Shown here: piece after piece, positions 35,535 through 45,500 of the stretch
How the letters are laid out: every line of letters starts with the position of its first letter
How positions within the stretch are numbered: position 1 is the stretch's first letter
Source: Terriglobales bacterium
GTDB taxonomy: Bacteria > Acidobacteriota > Terriglobia > Terriglobales > Acidobacteriaceae
DNA: 64,000 nucleotides
Reading direction: 5' to 3'
Assembly: GCA_049696815.1 (NCBI GenBank)
Contig: JBAVUO010000074.1
Location: 13,369 to 77,368 of the forward strand
Translations under genes and position numbers: made by a program
The notes under the pieces: model-generated
What the model was told of the DNA's origin: nothing
What the model saw: the letters and a program-made list of their open reading frames with translations, nothing else
Databases searched by the model: none

Positions 35535-38309
35535 ATGCTGTTTCTCCTCTCGTCCCGCGGGATGGCAAAGGGCTCCTCGATTTCATCCTCCGGCAGAGTC
35601 GCGATTACGCTGGTGGTTTGCGCAGCACTTGTTTCTTTCGCTTCGGCGCAGGCCCATATTACTACCTCCCACTCGAATAACCAGCGTACGGGTGCGAACA
35701 CCGACGAAACCCTGCTGACGCCACAGAACGTGAACAAGAACAGCTTCGGCCGCCTGTTCAACTACCCGATTGACTATCAGGCACTAGCGCAACCGCTGTA
35801 CGTCGCCAATGTGGACATCCCCGGACAGGGGACGCATAACGTCGTCTATGTCGCGACCATGGCCGATTCGGTCTATGCCTTCGATGCCGACAGCAACGCC
35901 GGCGCGAATGCGTCTCCTCTGTGGTGGGTGAATTTCACCGATCCTGCCAACGGAATTACCACTGCCAGCGGCCAGAACCTGCCTTGCGCGCAAACCCCTC
36001 AGAATACCGTCGGCTTCACCCAAGAGGGAATTGCCGGCACGCCGGCCATCGATACCGAAACTGGGACACTATACGTCGTGGCGAAGACCGTGGAAAACGG
36101 CACGGTTCGCCACCGACTCCATGCGCTCGACATCAGCACCGGAGTGGAAAAGTTCGGTGGCCCCATTCTCATTACCGCCACCAGCGTGAGCAACAAGGGA
36201 CATGTCACCAATTTCAACAGCCTGCACCAGTTGAACCGGCCGGGCCTGCTGCTTCTTAACGGCGCGGTCTACATAGGCTTTGGCTCGAACTCCTGCAATG
36301 ACAACAACACCGGTTGGGTCCTCGGCTACGACGCCAGCACCCTGCGGCAGGTGGGTGCCTTCAATACGAATCCCGACCACGGTCTGACGTCGATCTGGCA
36401 AACCGGCCAGGGCCTGGCGGCCGATGACGAGAACATCTACGCGGCGACGGCAGAAGGCCAATTCGATGTCGACATCGGAGGCCAGGGTTACACACACGCT
36501 GTCTTAAAGCTGTCCCCCACCCTGGCACTAACCGACTATTTCATCCCCTGGGCCGTTGTGTATCTGAACAGTCACGACTTGGACTTAAGCTCGGGCGGGG
36601 CGGTGATTCTGCCCGATCAGGACGGTCCGTATCCCCACATCCTGGTGCAGGCGGGGAAGCAAGGCACGATCTACGTTCTCAATCGTGACAATCTGGGCCT
36701 TTACAGTGTTAACGACAGCCAGATCCTGCAGGAGTTGCCGTTCGCCGTCGGCGACATGTTCAGCTCCCCCGCCTATTGGAACGGAATGCTTTATTACGGC
36801 GGCAATGCCGACCACCTGAAGGCTTTCTCGGTGAGCGGCGGGTTGCTTTCTTCTGCGCCCGTCATGACCTCGTCCCAGAAGTTGCCGGGACAACATTCGC
36901 CCTCGATCTCGGCCAACGGAAATACCAATGGCATTCTTTGGGTGATCAACGGTCATTTGCTTGCGTTCGACGCGACGACCTTGCAGCTTCTTTACAGCTC
37001 TACGCAGGTCAAGGCCCGCGACGACCTGCCCAAGCTCGCTCACTTCGCTACCCAGACCGTGGCGAACGGCAGAGTTTATGTTGCCACGCGAACGACTCTC
37101 GAGGTCTATGGGCTCTTTCAGAGTCTGACATTGGTCAGCGGCGCGAATCAGAGTGCTCCCGTGCTGACAACTCTCCCTGCACCCATCCAGGTGCAGGTGG
37201 ACGACCCTTACACCGGGGTTGGAATTCCGGGCGTGACCGTAACCTTCAGCGACGGGGGCAAGGGAGGCACCTTTAATCCGTCCAGCGTCGTTTCCGATAG
37301 TTCCGGGTATGTTTCGACTAGCTACACGTTTTCTAAAATTGCCGGCAGTTACACCATTACGGCAAGCTCCGCGAATGCCGGCAGCCTGTCCTTCACGGAA
37401 ACGGCGCTTCCCGGGCCTCCGACAAGAATGATCACCGCTTCCGGGACCAAGCAATCGGGGCAAGCGGGATCAATCCTGCCCAAGCAACTGGGTGTCAAGA
37501 TCGAGGACGCTTATAACAACGGCATCCCGGGCATTACCGCCACGTTCGTGGACCAGAGCCATGCCGGTACGCTCAATCCCACGACCGCTGTGTCCAACGC
37601 CAAGGGGGTGGCGGCGGTCAGTTACCAACTCCCGAACACGGCCGGGACGTACAAGCTTACTGCCAGTGCGCTGGCACTGACGCCAGCGAAGTTCGTGGAG
37701 TATGCAACCGGCAGTGCCCCGGCAAACCTGATCGTAGCTTCAGGAAACAACCAGACGGCACCGGTCAATTCTGCGTTGCCGCAGCCCCTGGTGGTGCAGG
37801 TCACAGATCAAGGGGGAAACCCAATCGCCGGTGTATCGGTTACATTCTCGGCCCCGTCGGGGACCTTGACCGGCAGTCCGGCGACTACCGACGCGAACGG
37901 GAATGCCACGGTCAACTACACAACGGGAACTTCCGTGGGCGCGGTTACCATTACGCCTTCCGTGAACGCCCTGAGCACGCAGATCACGGCGAATGTGACC
38001 GCGGGTGCAGCCGCTACGCTGACCATCAGCGGCGGAAACAACCAGGCCGGGCCCGCAGGTACGACGCTGCCGCAGCCGTTGACAGTCGTTGTCACTGACC
38101 AATACGGCAACCCCGTTCCGGGTGTGACGGTCAACTTCGATGACGGCGGCGCCGGAGGATCGTTCCTGAACTCGAATCCCGTGACCACCGACAACACGGG
38201 AACGGCTACGCAGGGTTACACGCTTCCGCCGGATCCGAGCACCGTGAGCATCACCGCGAACGCTGCCGGAGTGACCAACCCAGCCGTTTTTTCTGAGACC
38301 GCACAGTAA
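35535..38309 (+). CDS. large secreted protein: N-terminal beta-propeller (PQQ-like) plus four or more Big_1/invasin-type Ig-like repeats
   Basis: Signal peptide ..VAITLVVCAALVSFASAQA. The C-terminal repeats have the form SG(A/N)NQxAPVxxxLPxPLxVxVxDxxGNPxxGVxVTFS...TTDxxGxAxVxYT. Confidence 0.8.
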   Translation: MLFLLSSRGMAKGSSISSSGRVAITLVVCAALVSFASAQAHITTSHSNNQRTGANTDETLLTPQNVNKNSFGRLFNYPIDYQALAQPLYVANVDIPGQGTHNVVYVATMADSVYAFDADSNAGANASPLWWVNFTDPANGITTASGQNLPCAQTPQNTVGFTQEGIAGTPAIDTETGTLYVVAKTVENGTVRHRLHALDISTGVEKFGGPILITATSVSNKGHVTNFNSLHQLNRPGLLLLNGAVYIGFGSNSCNDNNTGWVLGYDASTLRQVGAFNTNPDHGLTSIWQTGQGLAADDENIYAATAEGQFDVDIGGQGYTHAVLKLSPTLALTDYFIPWAVVYLNSHDLDLSSGGAVILPDQDGPYPHILVQAGKQGTIYVLNRDNLGLYSVNDSQILQELPFAVGDMFSSPAYWNGMLYYGGNADHLKAFSVSGGLLSSAPVMTSSQKLPGQHSPSISANGNTNGILWVINGHLLAFDATTLQLLYSSTQVKARDDLPKLAHFATQTVANGRVYVATRTTLEVYGLFQSLTLVSGANQSAPVLTTLPAPIQVQVDDPYTGVGIPGVTVTFSDGGKGGTFNPSSVVSDSSGYVSTSYTFSKIAGSYTITASSANAGSLSFTETALPGPPTRMITASGTKQSGQAGSILPKQLGVKIEDAYNNGIPGITATFVDQSHAGTLNPTTAVSNAKGVAAVSYQLPNTAGTYKLTASALALTPAKFVEYATGSAPANLIVASGNNQTAPVNSALPQPLVVQVTDQGGNPIAGVSVTFSAPSGTLTGSPATTDANGNATVNYTTGTSVGAVTITPSVNALSTQITANVTAGAAATLTISGGNNQAGPAGTTLPQPLTVVVTDQYGNPVPGVTVNFDDGGAGGSFLNSNPVTTDNTGTATQGYTLPPDPSTVSITANAAGVTNPAVFSETAQ

Positions 38310-38472
38310 GCGCTCCCTCCGGAATCACGCGGGAGGCCGCGCCGGAGTGTGCTTGCGTTTCCAATTCCCAAGTCAGGAATTGCCAGATTGCAAGCGCGCT
38401 GTGATTGACTTCCCCCCGGATTCGCGGGAAACTCGACTTAGCCTGCCCCGGTCTGTTTTTCAGGGACCTGCG

Positions 38473-39864
38473 ATGATCCCGCGACCCATGCCGTGGTCCG
38501 AACCGCACGAAGATGACGCTAATCCGGGCGCGGAATCGCCGGCATTCCCAGACCTGGCCTCCGCCCTCAAACATTACGTGCTGGACGGGCTCTCCCCGGA
38601 ACTGGCGCTCGACGTGACGCTGAACGAACTGGTGGTGCGCGCCACCAGCGCCACGCAGGCCAGCGCCGCCGCTTTAGCTCTCGCGCGCGGCGTAGAGATG
38701 GTGTGCCGAGCCACCACCGGAGACCACGCCCCCGACCTTGGCGTCCCGCTCAACACCCGCGAGGGCCTTTCCGGCGCCTGCCTGCACAGCCGCCGCCCCC
38801 AACTTTGTCACGATACCGAATCCGACCCGCGGGTGGACGCCGCCGCTTCGCGCCGCCTCGGGGTTCGCTCCATGCTCATCGTGCCGGCGATGGACGGTGA
38901 CGACCTCGTCGGAGTGCTGGAAGTTTTTTCCCCGCACCCAGGAGCCTTTTCCGAATCTCACCAGATCTTGCTCGAAACCTTTGCTCGCGACTGTGCGCGC
39001 CTCCGCCGGTTCGCCCTTGAACTTGGAGAGTGGCCGCCGGAGCCGCCACACCCACTTAAAGAAGAGGGATCGGATGTGGAGACGCGGCTTGCCGCGTTGC
39101 CAGCCCCCGTCCCTGCGTCGGGCGAGACGTCCCTAGAATTCTCGGAGCTGCGTTCACCCGTTGATGATTCCTCTTTGCCGACGCTGGCCTCTCTCCCGCC
39201 GCCAAAACTGCGCAGCGCCTCCGATTTCTGGGGTCTGATCCTTGGAACGCTGGTGATTGCCGCCGCCGCCGCCCTCAGTTTCCTGATCGGTTCCCGCACC
39301 GGGTGGTTGCGCTCGTTCTCTCCGCCGCAGACCCAAAGCGCAACGCCCAAAGCGGGCGCGTCCGAGTCTGCCAACCGGGCGAATCTCGCGACACCGCCCG
39401 CGCGGCAAGCGGGGTCCCCCCACTCCCCATCCGCCGCGCAGCCGGTCCCGCAGTCTGGCGGACTGGTCGTCTATGAGCACGGTAAAGTGGTCTTCCACAT
39501 GAAGCCCCCTTCGTCGCAGACCGACGCCGGGCAATCCGCCAATGGATCCACAAAGGCGACGTCCGCTGCCCCTGCTCACGTCTGGCTGGCGCCGGATGCC
39601 GCCGAGGCCCGCCTACGCCACCGCGGCGAGCCGCAGTATCCGGCCGAGGCGCTGGCCGCGCATCGCGCCGGCGACATTGTCCTGGAAGTGTTTGTCGGGG
39701 AGGACGGCTCGGTGGGCTCGATCCGCACCGTGAGCGGCGACCCGCTGTTGGCCGGAGCGGCTGCGGACGCCGTCCGCAGCTGGCGCTATGAACCCTACCG
39801 CGTCCAGGGCCGCCCCGCCGAGTTCCAGACGGAAGTCACACTGAAATTCGCGCTCCCGGAATAG
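38473..39864 (+). CDS. GAF domain - TM - Pro/Ser-rich linker - TonB_C domain protein
   Basis: GAF-like block GLSGACLHSRRPQLCHDTESDPRVD...SMLIVPAMDGDDLVGVLEVFS, TM helix LILGTLVIAAAAALSFLIG, and C-terminal PQYPAEALAAHRAGDIVLEVFVGEDGSVGSIRTVSGDPLLAGAAADAVRSWRYEPY. Confidence 0.75.
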   Translation: MIPRPMPWSEPHEDDANPGAESPAFPDLASALKHYVLDGLSPELALDVTLNELVVRATSATQASAAALALARGVEMVCRATTGDHAPDLGVPLNTREGLSGACLHSRRPQLCHDTESDPRVDAAASRRLGVRSMLIVPAMDGDDLVGVLEVFSPHPGAFSESHQILLETFARDCARLRRFALELGEWPPEPPHPLKEEGSDVETRLAALPAPVPASGETSLEFSELRSPVDDSSLPTLASLPPPKLRSASDFWGLILGTLVIAAAAALSFLIGSRTGWLRSFSPPQTQSATPKAGASESANRANLATPPARQAGSPHSPSAAQPVPQSGGLVVYEHGKVVFHMKPPSSQTDAGQSANGSTKATSAAPAHVWLAPDAAEARLRHRGEPQYPAEALAAHRAGDIVLEVFVGEDGSVGSIRTVSGDPLLAGAAADAVRSWRYEPYRVQGRPAEFQTEVTLKFALPE

Positions 39865-39924
39865 CCAGCTTTTTCACAGCCGAGGCGCCGAGGGCCCGTT
39901 CATTATTTCGACCCTTGAAGATCT

Positions 39925-39995
39925 ACCACGGAGTCACGGAGACACAGAGAAGATCTTCTGCTTGATTTTCTCCGTGTCCCTGTGTCTCTGCGGTG
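39925..39995. repeat. family-A palindromic repeat (opposite orientation)
   Basis: ACCACGGAGTCACGGAGACACAGAGA-loop-TCTCCGTGTCCCTGTGTCTCTGCGGTG, lying between convergent genes. Confidence 0.7.
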
Positions 39996-40062
39996 AAATA
40001 CTGGCTTGGGCTCGAGGAGGTGGAAATCCCAGTTTCTCTGCGCCCCAGCGGTGAAGAACGCC

Positions 40063-40890
40063 TCACGAAAAGGCCAGCTCCTTCGCCCGCTGCACCGCCT
40101 TGACCACCGCCTTGATCAGGGTCACGCGCAGCTTGCCTTCTTCCAGTTCCAGGATCCCGTCAATGGTGCACCCCGCTGGCGTGGTCACGGCGTCTTTCAA
40201 CAGCGCCGGATGGTCGCCGGTCTCGAGCACCACCTTCGCCGCCCCCATCGTGGTTTGCGCGGCCAGCAGCGTTGCCACGTCTCGCGGCAGCCCGACCTTC
40301 ACTCCAGCCTCCGCCAGCGACTCCAGGATGATGTAGATATACGCCGGGCCGCTGGCCGAGAGCCCCGTAACCGCGTCCATGTGTTTCTCATCGACGATCA
40401 CGGTGCGGCCGACCGCGTCAAAGAACTTTGCCGCCGTTTCCAGATGATGCTTCTGTGCAAACCGTCCTTTGCAAAGCGCCGTCATGCCCGCGCCCTGCGC
40501 GCAAGGCGTATTGGGCATGGCGCGCACCACCGGGGCTTCCGTCCCCAACCCACGCTCGATCATCTCCGTTGGCACCGACGCGGCCACCGAGATGAGCAGC
40601 TGGTTGCGATTTACGTGGGCGCTGATCTCGCGCACTACGTCGGCCACTACCTGCGGCTTTACACACAGAAAAATAATGTCCGCATCCCGCACCGCCGCCA
40701 CATTGTCGGTTCCGGCGTGCACTTTCAGTTTGTCCTTGAGCGACCGGGCCCGCTCCGGATGCGCCACCGTGGCCCACGTCTGCGCCGGCGAAAGCAGCCC
40801 GTCGCGCAATAAGGCCTGCAGCAGGATTCCGCCGATCTTGCCCGCGCCCAGCACGGCGACTTTCTTTTTGTGAGAAACACTCTGGCCCAT
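40063..40890 (-). CDS. proC: pyrroline-5-carboxylate reductase
   Basis: KKVAVLGAGKIGGILLQALL, MPNTPCAQGAGMTAL, SGPAYIYIILESLAEAGV and VTTPAGCTIDG. Confidence 0.9.
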   Translation of the reverse strand: MGQSVSHKKKVAVLGAGKIGGILLQALLRDGLLSPAQTWATVAHPERARSLKDKLKVHAGTDNVAAVRDADIIFLCVKPQVVADVVREISAHVNRNQLLISVAASVPTEMIERGLGTEAPVVRAMPNTPCAQGAGMTALCKGRFAQKHHLETAAKFFDAVGRTVIVDEKHMDAVTGLSASGPAYIYIILESLAEAGVKVGLPRDVATLLAAQTTMGAAKVVLETGDHPALLKDAVTTPAGCTIDGILELEEGKLRVTLIKAVVKAVQRAKELAFS

Positions 40891-40947
40891 AGTTGCCTCT
40901 CCAGCTTCTTAAGGACGGAATCCAGAGTACAGGAAGATTAGTCAGTA

Positions 40948-41020
40948 GTCAGGAATTGAGTCATTGAGGCATTTAGTCATTGAGGTATTGAATCAATGAT
41001 TCAATGACTCAATGATTCAA
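40948..41020. repeat. family-D AT-rich palindromic repeat (TCATTGA units)
   Basis: TTGAGTCATTGAGGCATTTAGTCATTGAGGTATTGAATCAATGATTCAATGACTCAATGATTCAATC. Its right end overlaps the last codons of lhgO. Confidence 0.6.
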
Positions 41021-42211
41021 TCTGCCCTCAACCATCTTCAAGATCTCGCGCCCGATCGGCAGCGACGCAGTCGCCGCCGGCGACGGCACATTCAGGACGT
41101 GCAGGAATCGTTCCCGGGGCACGAAGCGGAAGTCATCCACCAGGTTCCCGTCCGGAGCGAGCGCCTGCGCCCGCACGCCCGAGCCGCCCGGAGTCATGTC
41201 CTGATTGCGGACCTCCGGCACCAGCTTCTGGCACGAGCGCACGAATTCACTCTTGCGCAACGACCGCCGAAACTCCCCCAAACCATACTTCCACTGCCGG
41301 CGTGCCATGGCGCGAAAACCGCGATAGGTCAACGTCTCCATGGCCTCGCCCAATTCAAAGTCGGTGCGCCGGTAGCCCTCGCGCCGGAACGCCAGTACCG
41401 CGTTCGGCCCGGCATCCACGTTGCCGTGAATGCGCCGCGTGAAATGCACCCCCAGGAACGGATACTCGGGATCGGGTGTCGGGTAAATGAGCGCCCGCAC
41501 CAACTCCCGCCGCGACTCGACCAGGTCGTAATACTCACCACGAAACGGAACAATCATCAGTCCCGGATCATGCCCCGCCAACCGGGCAATCCGGTCGCTG
41601 TACAATCCCGCGCAATTCACGACGTACCGCGCCCGGAAATCTCCGGCCCGGGTTTGGATGACAATTTCGCCGGCGGAATTCCGAAACCCCAGCACCTCCG
41701 CGCCCGTCTTCAGCTCCGCTCCTTGCGCTCCGGCGACTTCCGCATACTTAGCGGCGACCAGCGCGTAATCCGTGATTCCCGTGCCCGGAACCTGTAAAGC
41801 GCGCGCTCCGCCGGCATGCGGCTCTATCTCACGCATCGCCTCAGGACCCAGCAGTCGCAGCCCGGTGAGCCCGTTTGCCGTCCCGCGCTCCCGCAGATCT
41901 TCGAGGCGCCCCGCTTCTTCGGTGTCGGCCGCCACGATTAACTTGCCGCACACTTCGTGCGGGATCCCGTTCCGCCCGCAAAACTCCACCATCTCGCGCG
42001 CACCTTCGACACACAGCCGCGCCTTGAGCGATCCTGGCTTGTAATAAACTCCGCTGTGGATGACGCCGCTGTTATGGCCGGTCTGGTGGCGGGCCACGCC
42101 CGCTTCTTTTTCCAGGATCAGCAGCCGCAGGTGAGGGAACTGCTCGACCGACTGCATGGCGAATGACAACCCCACGATCCCGCCGCCGATCACCGCAATG
42201 TCATAGGTCAT
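41009..42211 (-). CDS. lhgO: L-2-hydroxyglutarate oxidase/dehydrogenase (FAD)
   Basis: MTYDIAVIGGGIVGLSFA, HQTGHNSGVIHSGVYYKPGSLKA and VLNVPSPAATASL match the LhgO family. Confidence 0.85.
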   Translation of the reverse strand: MTYDIAVIGGGIVGLSFAMQSVEQFPHLRLLILEKEAGVARHQTGHNSGVIHSGVYYKPGSLKARLCVEGAREMVEFCGRNGIPHEVCGKLIVAADTEEAGRLEDLRERGTANGLTGLRLLGPEAMREIEPHAGGARALQVPGTGITDYALVAAKYAEVAGAQGAELKTGAEVLGFRNSAGEIVIQTRAGDFRARYVVNCAGLYSDRIARLAGHDPGLMIVPFRGEYYDLVESRRELVRALIYPTPDPEYPFLGVHFTRRIHGNVDAGPNAVLAFRREGYRRTDFELGEAMETLTYRGFRAMARRQWKYGLGEFRRSLRKSEFVRSCQKLVPEVRNQDMTPGGSGVRAQALAPDGNLVDDFRFVPRERFLHVLNVPSPAATASLPIGREILKMVEGRLNH

Positions 42212-42214
42212 GCG

Positions 42215-42500
42215 AATTTGTAATTTCGTAATCTGTAATTTGGTAATTTGAAGGCTAAAACTCGAAAGCGACCCGCTAACGGGCTGCGGAAAAAGTCCAG
42301 TTTCGTATCAGGGCATCGCTTCAGCGATGCCGCAAAGCCGCTTCTTTTCAACGTCCCCTTTAGGGGCTGGCCGCGCCCGCCTCTGATACTATCGCACCTT
42401 CCTTTGCCAGAAATGTGACGTCCAAACAACAGGCGCGGATCGCTCCGCGCCTCAGTCTTAGGTCCGAGATTACCAAATTACAAATTACGAAATTACCGAG
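42215..42500. repeat. MITE-like composite element with terminal inverted repeats of about 30 bp
   Basis: The left end is GTAATTTCGTAATCTGTAATTTGGTAATTT. The reverse complement of the right end is GTAATTTCGTAATTTGTAATTTGGTAATCT. The interior carries a family-E core and a further palindrome, and there is no ORF. Confidence 0.5.
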
Positions 42501-42506
42501 TTTCCT

Positions 42507-45500
42507 CTACTGCACGATCAGGGTGACCGGATTGGAAAGCGTGACCGAGTTATCGGCCGCGCTCACGATGATGTTGCTGTATGTTCCGGGGATCGTCGCC
42601 GGGCTGAGCGTCTCCATGGCCGAACCCGACTTCGTCGCGTCCGCCTGGGCGGTTGCTGTAATGGTGACCGAAGCCGGCAGCCCCGGAGCCACGGTTGGAG
42701 CCGTGTACACGCCGTTGGCGTCAATCGTGCCGTTCGCGGCACCGCCCACGACCGCCCAGTTCACTGCCTGGTTGGCGGAGTTGTTGACCGTCGCCGTAAA
42801 CTGCGCAGTTTGAGCGGGCCAGCCGTCAGCCGCGTCGTTTGGAAACAGACTTGAAGGCTCTCCTGCCATGAGGGCCACGGTCACCGAAATCGAGGGCGGT
42901 GGCGGCGGGCTTGAGCTTCCCCCTCCACCTCCACAGGCTACCAGCAGGCCAAGAAGTGTCAGAGAGACGCACAGGACATCCACAGCATGCTGCCGGCGCA
43001 TTCTCCGCCCCATAACTCCGACCACCAGCCCGCCGGCAATCGGCGCTGTGAGCGGCAGCCAGGGATTGCGATTGCCTGCCCGGCGGCTCAGTGGTCCGAT
43101 GCCCGGGTTGGGGCCGGTGGTCGAGATGGTGATTGCGACGGGCTGGGCCCCGGCGGTGCCAATTGGGATGGAGGGCGGATTGAAACTGCAATGGGTTAAT
43201 GCAGGGAGACTGGCGCACCCAAATGTCACGTTGCTGGCGAAAGTTGGCCCGGAAGGCGTGGCCGTGAAGCTATAGCTCAGCGAAACCTGTCCGGCGAGCA
43301 CTTGGTGCGAACCTCCGCCGGTCCACTGGAAATCCGGAGCCGTCACCTGCACCGTGAAGCTCTGAGTCTTGGCGCCTTCTCCCGCCGTGGCCGCCGAGAT
43401 GGTCACCGGGTAGCTGCCCACCGGCGTGCTGGGGGCGGCGTTCACGGTTGTGCTCACCGTGGCGCTCGGGTTGGCCGGGTTCAAAGTGATCTGCGACGAC
43501 GGCGCGAAATTGCAGCTCGCTCCCGACGGGAGACCGGCGCTACAACTCAGAGATACCGAGCCGTTGAACACACCGAGCGAGCCCAGTTGGTACTGGGTCG
43601 CGTCCGAGGTCCCGCCCGGCTCCACGGAAACCGTTGCCGGATTGGGCGTCCCCATGCTGAAGTCGGTGACGTTCAGGGTGACGGAGAAATCGTGAGTGAG
43701 AGTGCCGGCTGTACCATGGATGTTGAAGTTGTAGTTGGCGATCACCGCCCCGGAGTTCAACGAGACGCTGAAAGGCGCTCCGCCCGGCGTCGGCGTGATG
43801 GAATTGCTTGGGGAAAAAGTGCACGGCGCGGGTGTCGTCCCCGTGCAGCTCAGGGTCACCGGGCTGGCGTAGCCGGAGATTGCGGTCAGCGTTCCGTTAA
43901 GGGTCACAGTATGGTTCTGTAGGACCGTCTGCGGCGTGTTCGAAATCGCAATCTGGTAATCGGGCGCCGTGGCCAGGGTGTATTCCCAGATGCCGCGACC
44001 ATAGGTCGAAACGCGAAGCTTTTTCGTGCCCGCGTGATTGAACAGCCGGATCGCCGTTACCGGCACGTTGGGCAGATATCCAGCTTGCCCGCTGCCCGGC
44101 GTCGGCCCGACTTCGGTCCAGCTCGGACTGGACGTCGGGCTGACAAACATTCCCACGTCAGTTCCGGCGTAGACCTGACCCGCTTGCGAATCCACCAGCA
44201 GGGCGTTGACGGGCGCATCGGGCAGTCCGCCGGCCACGGAACCGAAGGACGACCAACTCGTGCCTGCATTCGTGGTTTTCCAAATGTGAGTGCCAGCATT
44301 GCCGACGAACCCCATGATGCCGACGTACGCCGTCTGCCCGGTCGAATCTGTGTTGTCAATTGCCACTGAAGAGATCGTGTAATGCGACGGATTGATACTG
44401 CCGGTGACTGGCGACATCTTTCCGACCGCCGTCGTGACCCAGACCTCGCCACCGTCTGGAGCCGAGGCCAATGGCCCCGTGCCGGTGGTTGTGGCGTAAA
44501 TGACCTTCGACAAATGGCTGGTCGGATCCACGGGTCCACCGGCCGCCAGGCCTCTTGCCAGGTCAGTCTCACCCCCCGTGCAGGGTACGCCAGTATTGTC
44601 GAAGCTCCAGCTGTTCAACGGAGTAAACCCTGTGCCACTCGTCGTACCCTACCAGACCCGGCATGTCCCGACCAGCAGTTCAGTGGAATTCTGGGGGTCG
44701 AGGATGTACGGGGTGTAGAAGGGGCCCTCATCCCCGCCTATGGTGGCGTTGTCTACGACCAGGCTGAAGGCAGGCCCGTTACAGTTCACCCCTTGCTCAC
44801 ATACCTGAATGCTCACATAGGTGTTGGCCGTGAACCATTCGTTGGGATGATTGACCTGGTCGGGGTTGATGATGTTGTAGCCCCCGTCGCCTCCATTTGC
44901 GCTTGCCCAGGATTGGCTGGTCGTCGCCGAGCCCGTCTTGGGAGAGCCATTATCCTGGGTGCCGCCGAGCACGTTGTCTTGGTTGCTCGGGTCCACGGAA
45001 AAAGACACGAATTGGGTCATCGAACCGAGCGTCTGGTTGAGACTGTCGAATCCGTTGCTTCCCGGAGTGCAGCTGCCGCTGGTCAGCTTGGTGAACGCGT
45101 CCAGCGTCCTGTAGATCCCGCCGTCGTTCGCGAAATACCCGATCGCCTTACCGCTGGCCACCATGAACGCGATCGCATGTTCGTCAGGGTGGACGCGCGC
45201 GGGAGCGCCCAGCGGATTACAACCGTAAACGTGGGTGAGGTTGATCCAGTTTGCCGAGGATGAGCACGCACTGGCGCCACTCGGCAGCGAGCACTTCCAA
45301 AGGTTCACCGCTCCGGCGTAGAGGTCGGTTCCCGAACCATTGGGGACGGCCCCGAGTTCCAGGTTGTAGAAACCCTGCTGCACGCCGCAGCCACTATGTC
45401 CGGGCCCGAAGGCGTTGTCGCCGCAGTTGGTGATGCCGCTGTTCGCCGGATTCTCAATCAGGCGCCAGCTGCTCCCGCCATTCACACTCTGGTAAATTCC

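Noticed and set aside
44649-44651. The in-frame TAG as a pyrrolysine codon.
   Set aside because: There are no pyl genes or methylamine methyltransferase context in the window. The protein family is a secreted BNR propeller, and the lineage is not known for Pyl. A nonsense mutation or sequencing error is far more likely.
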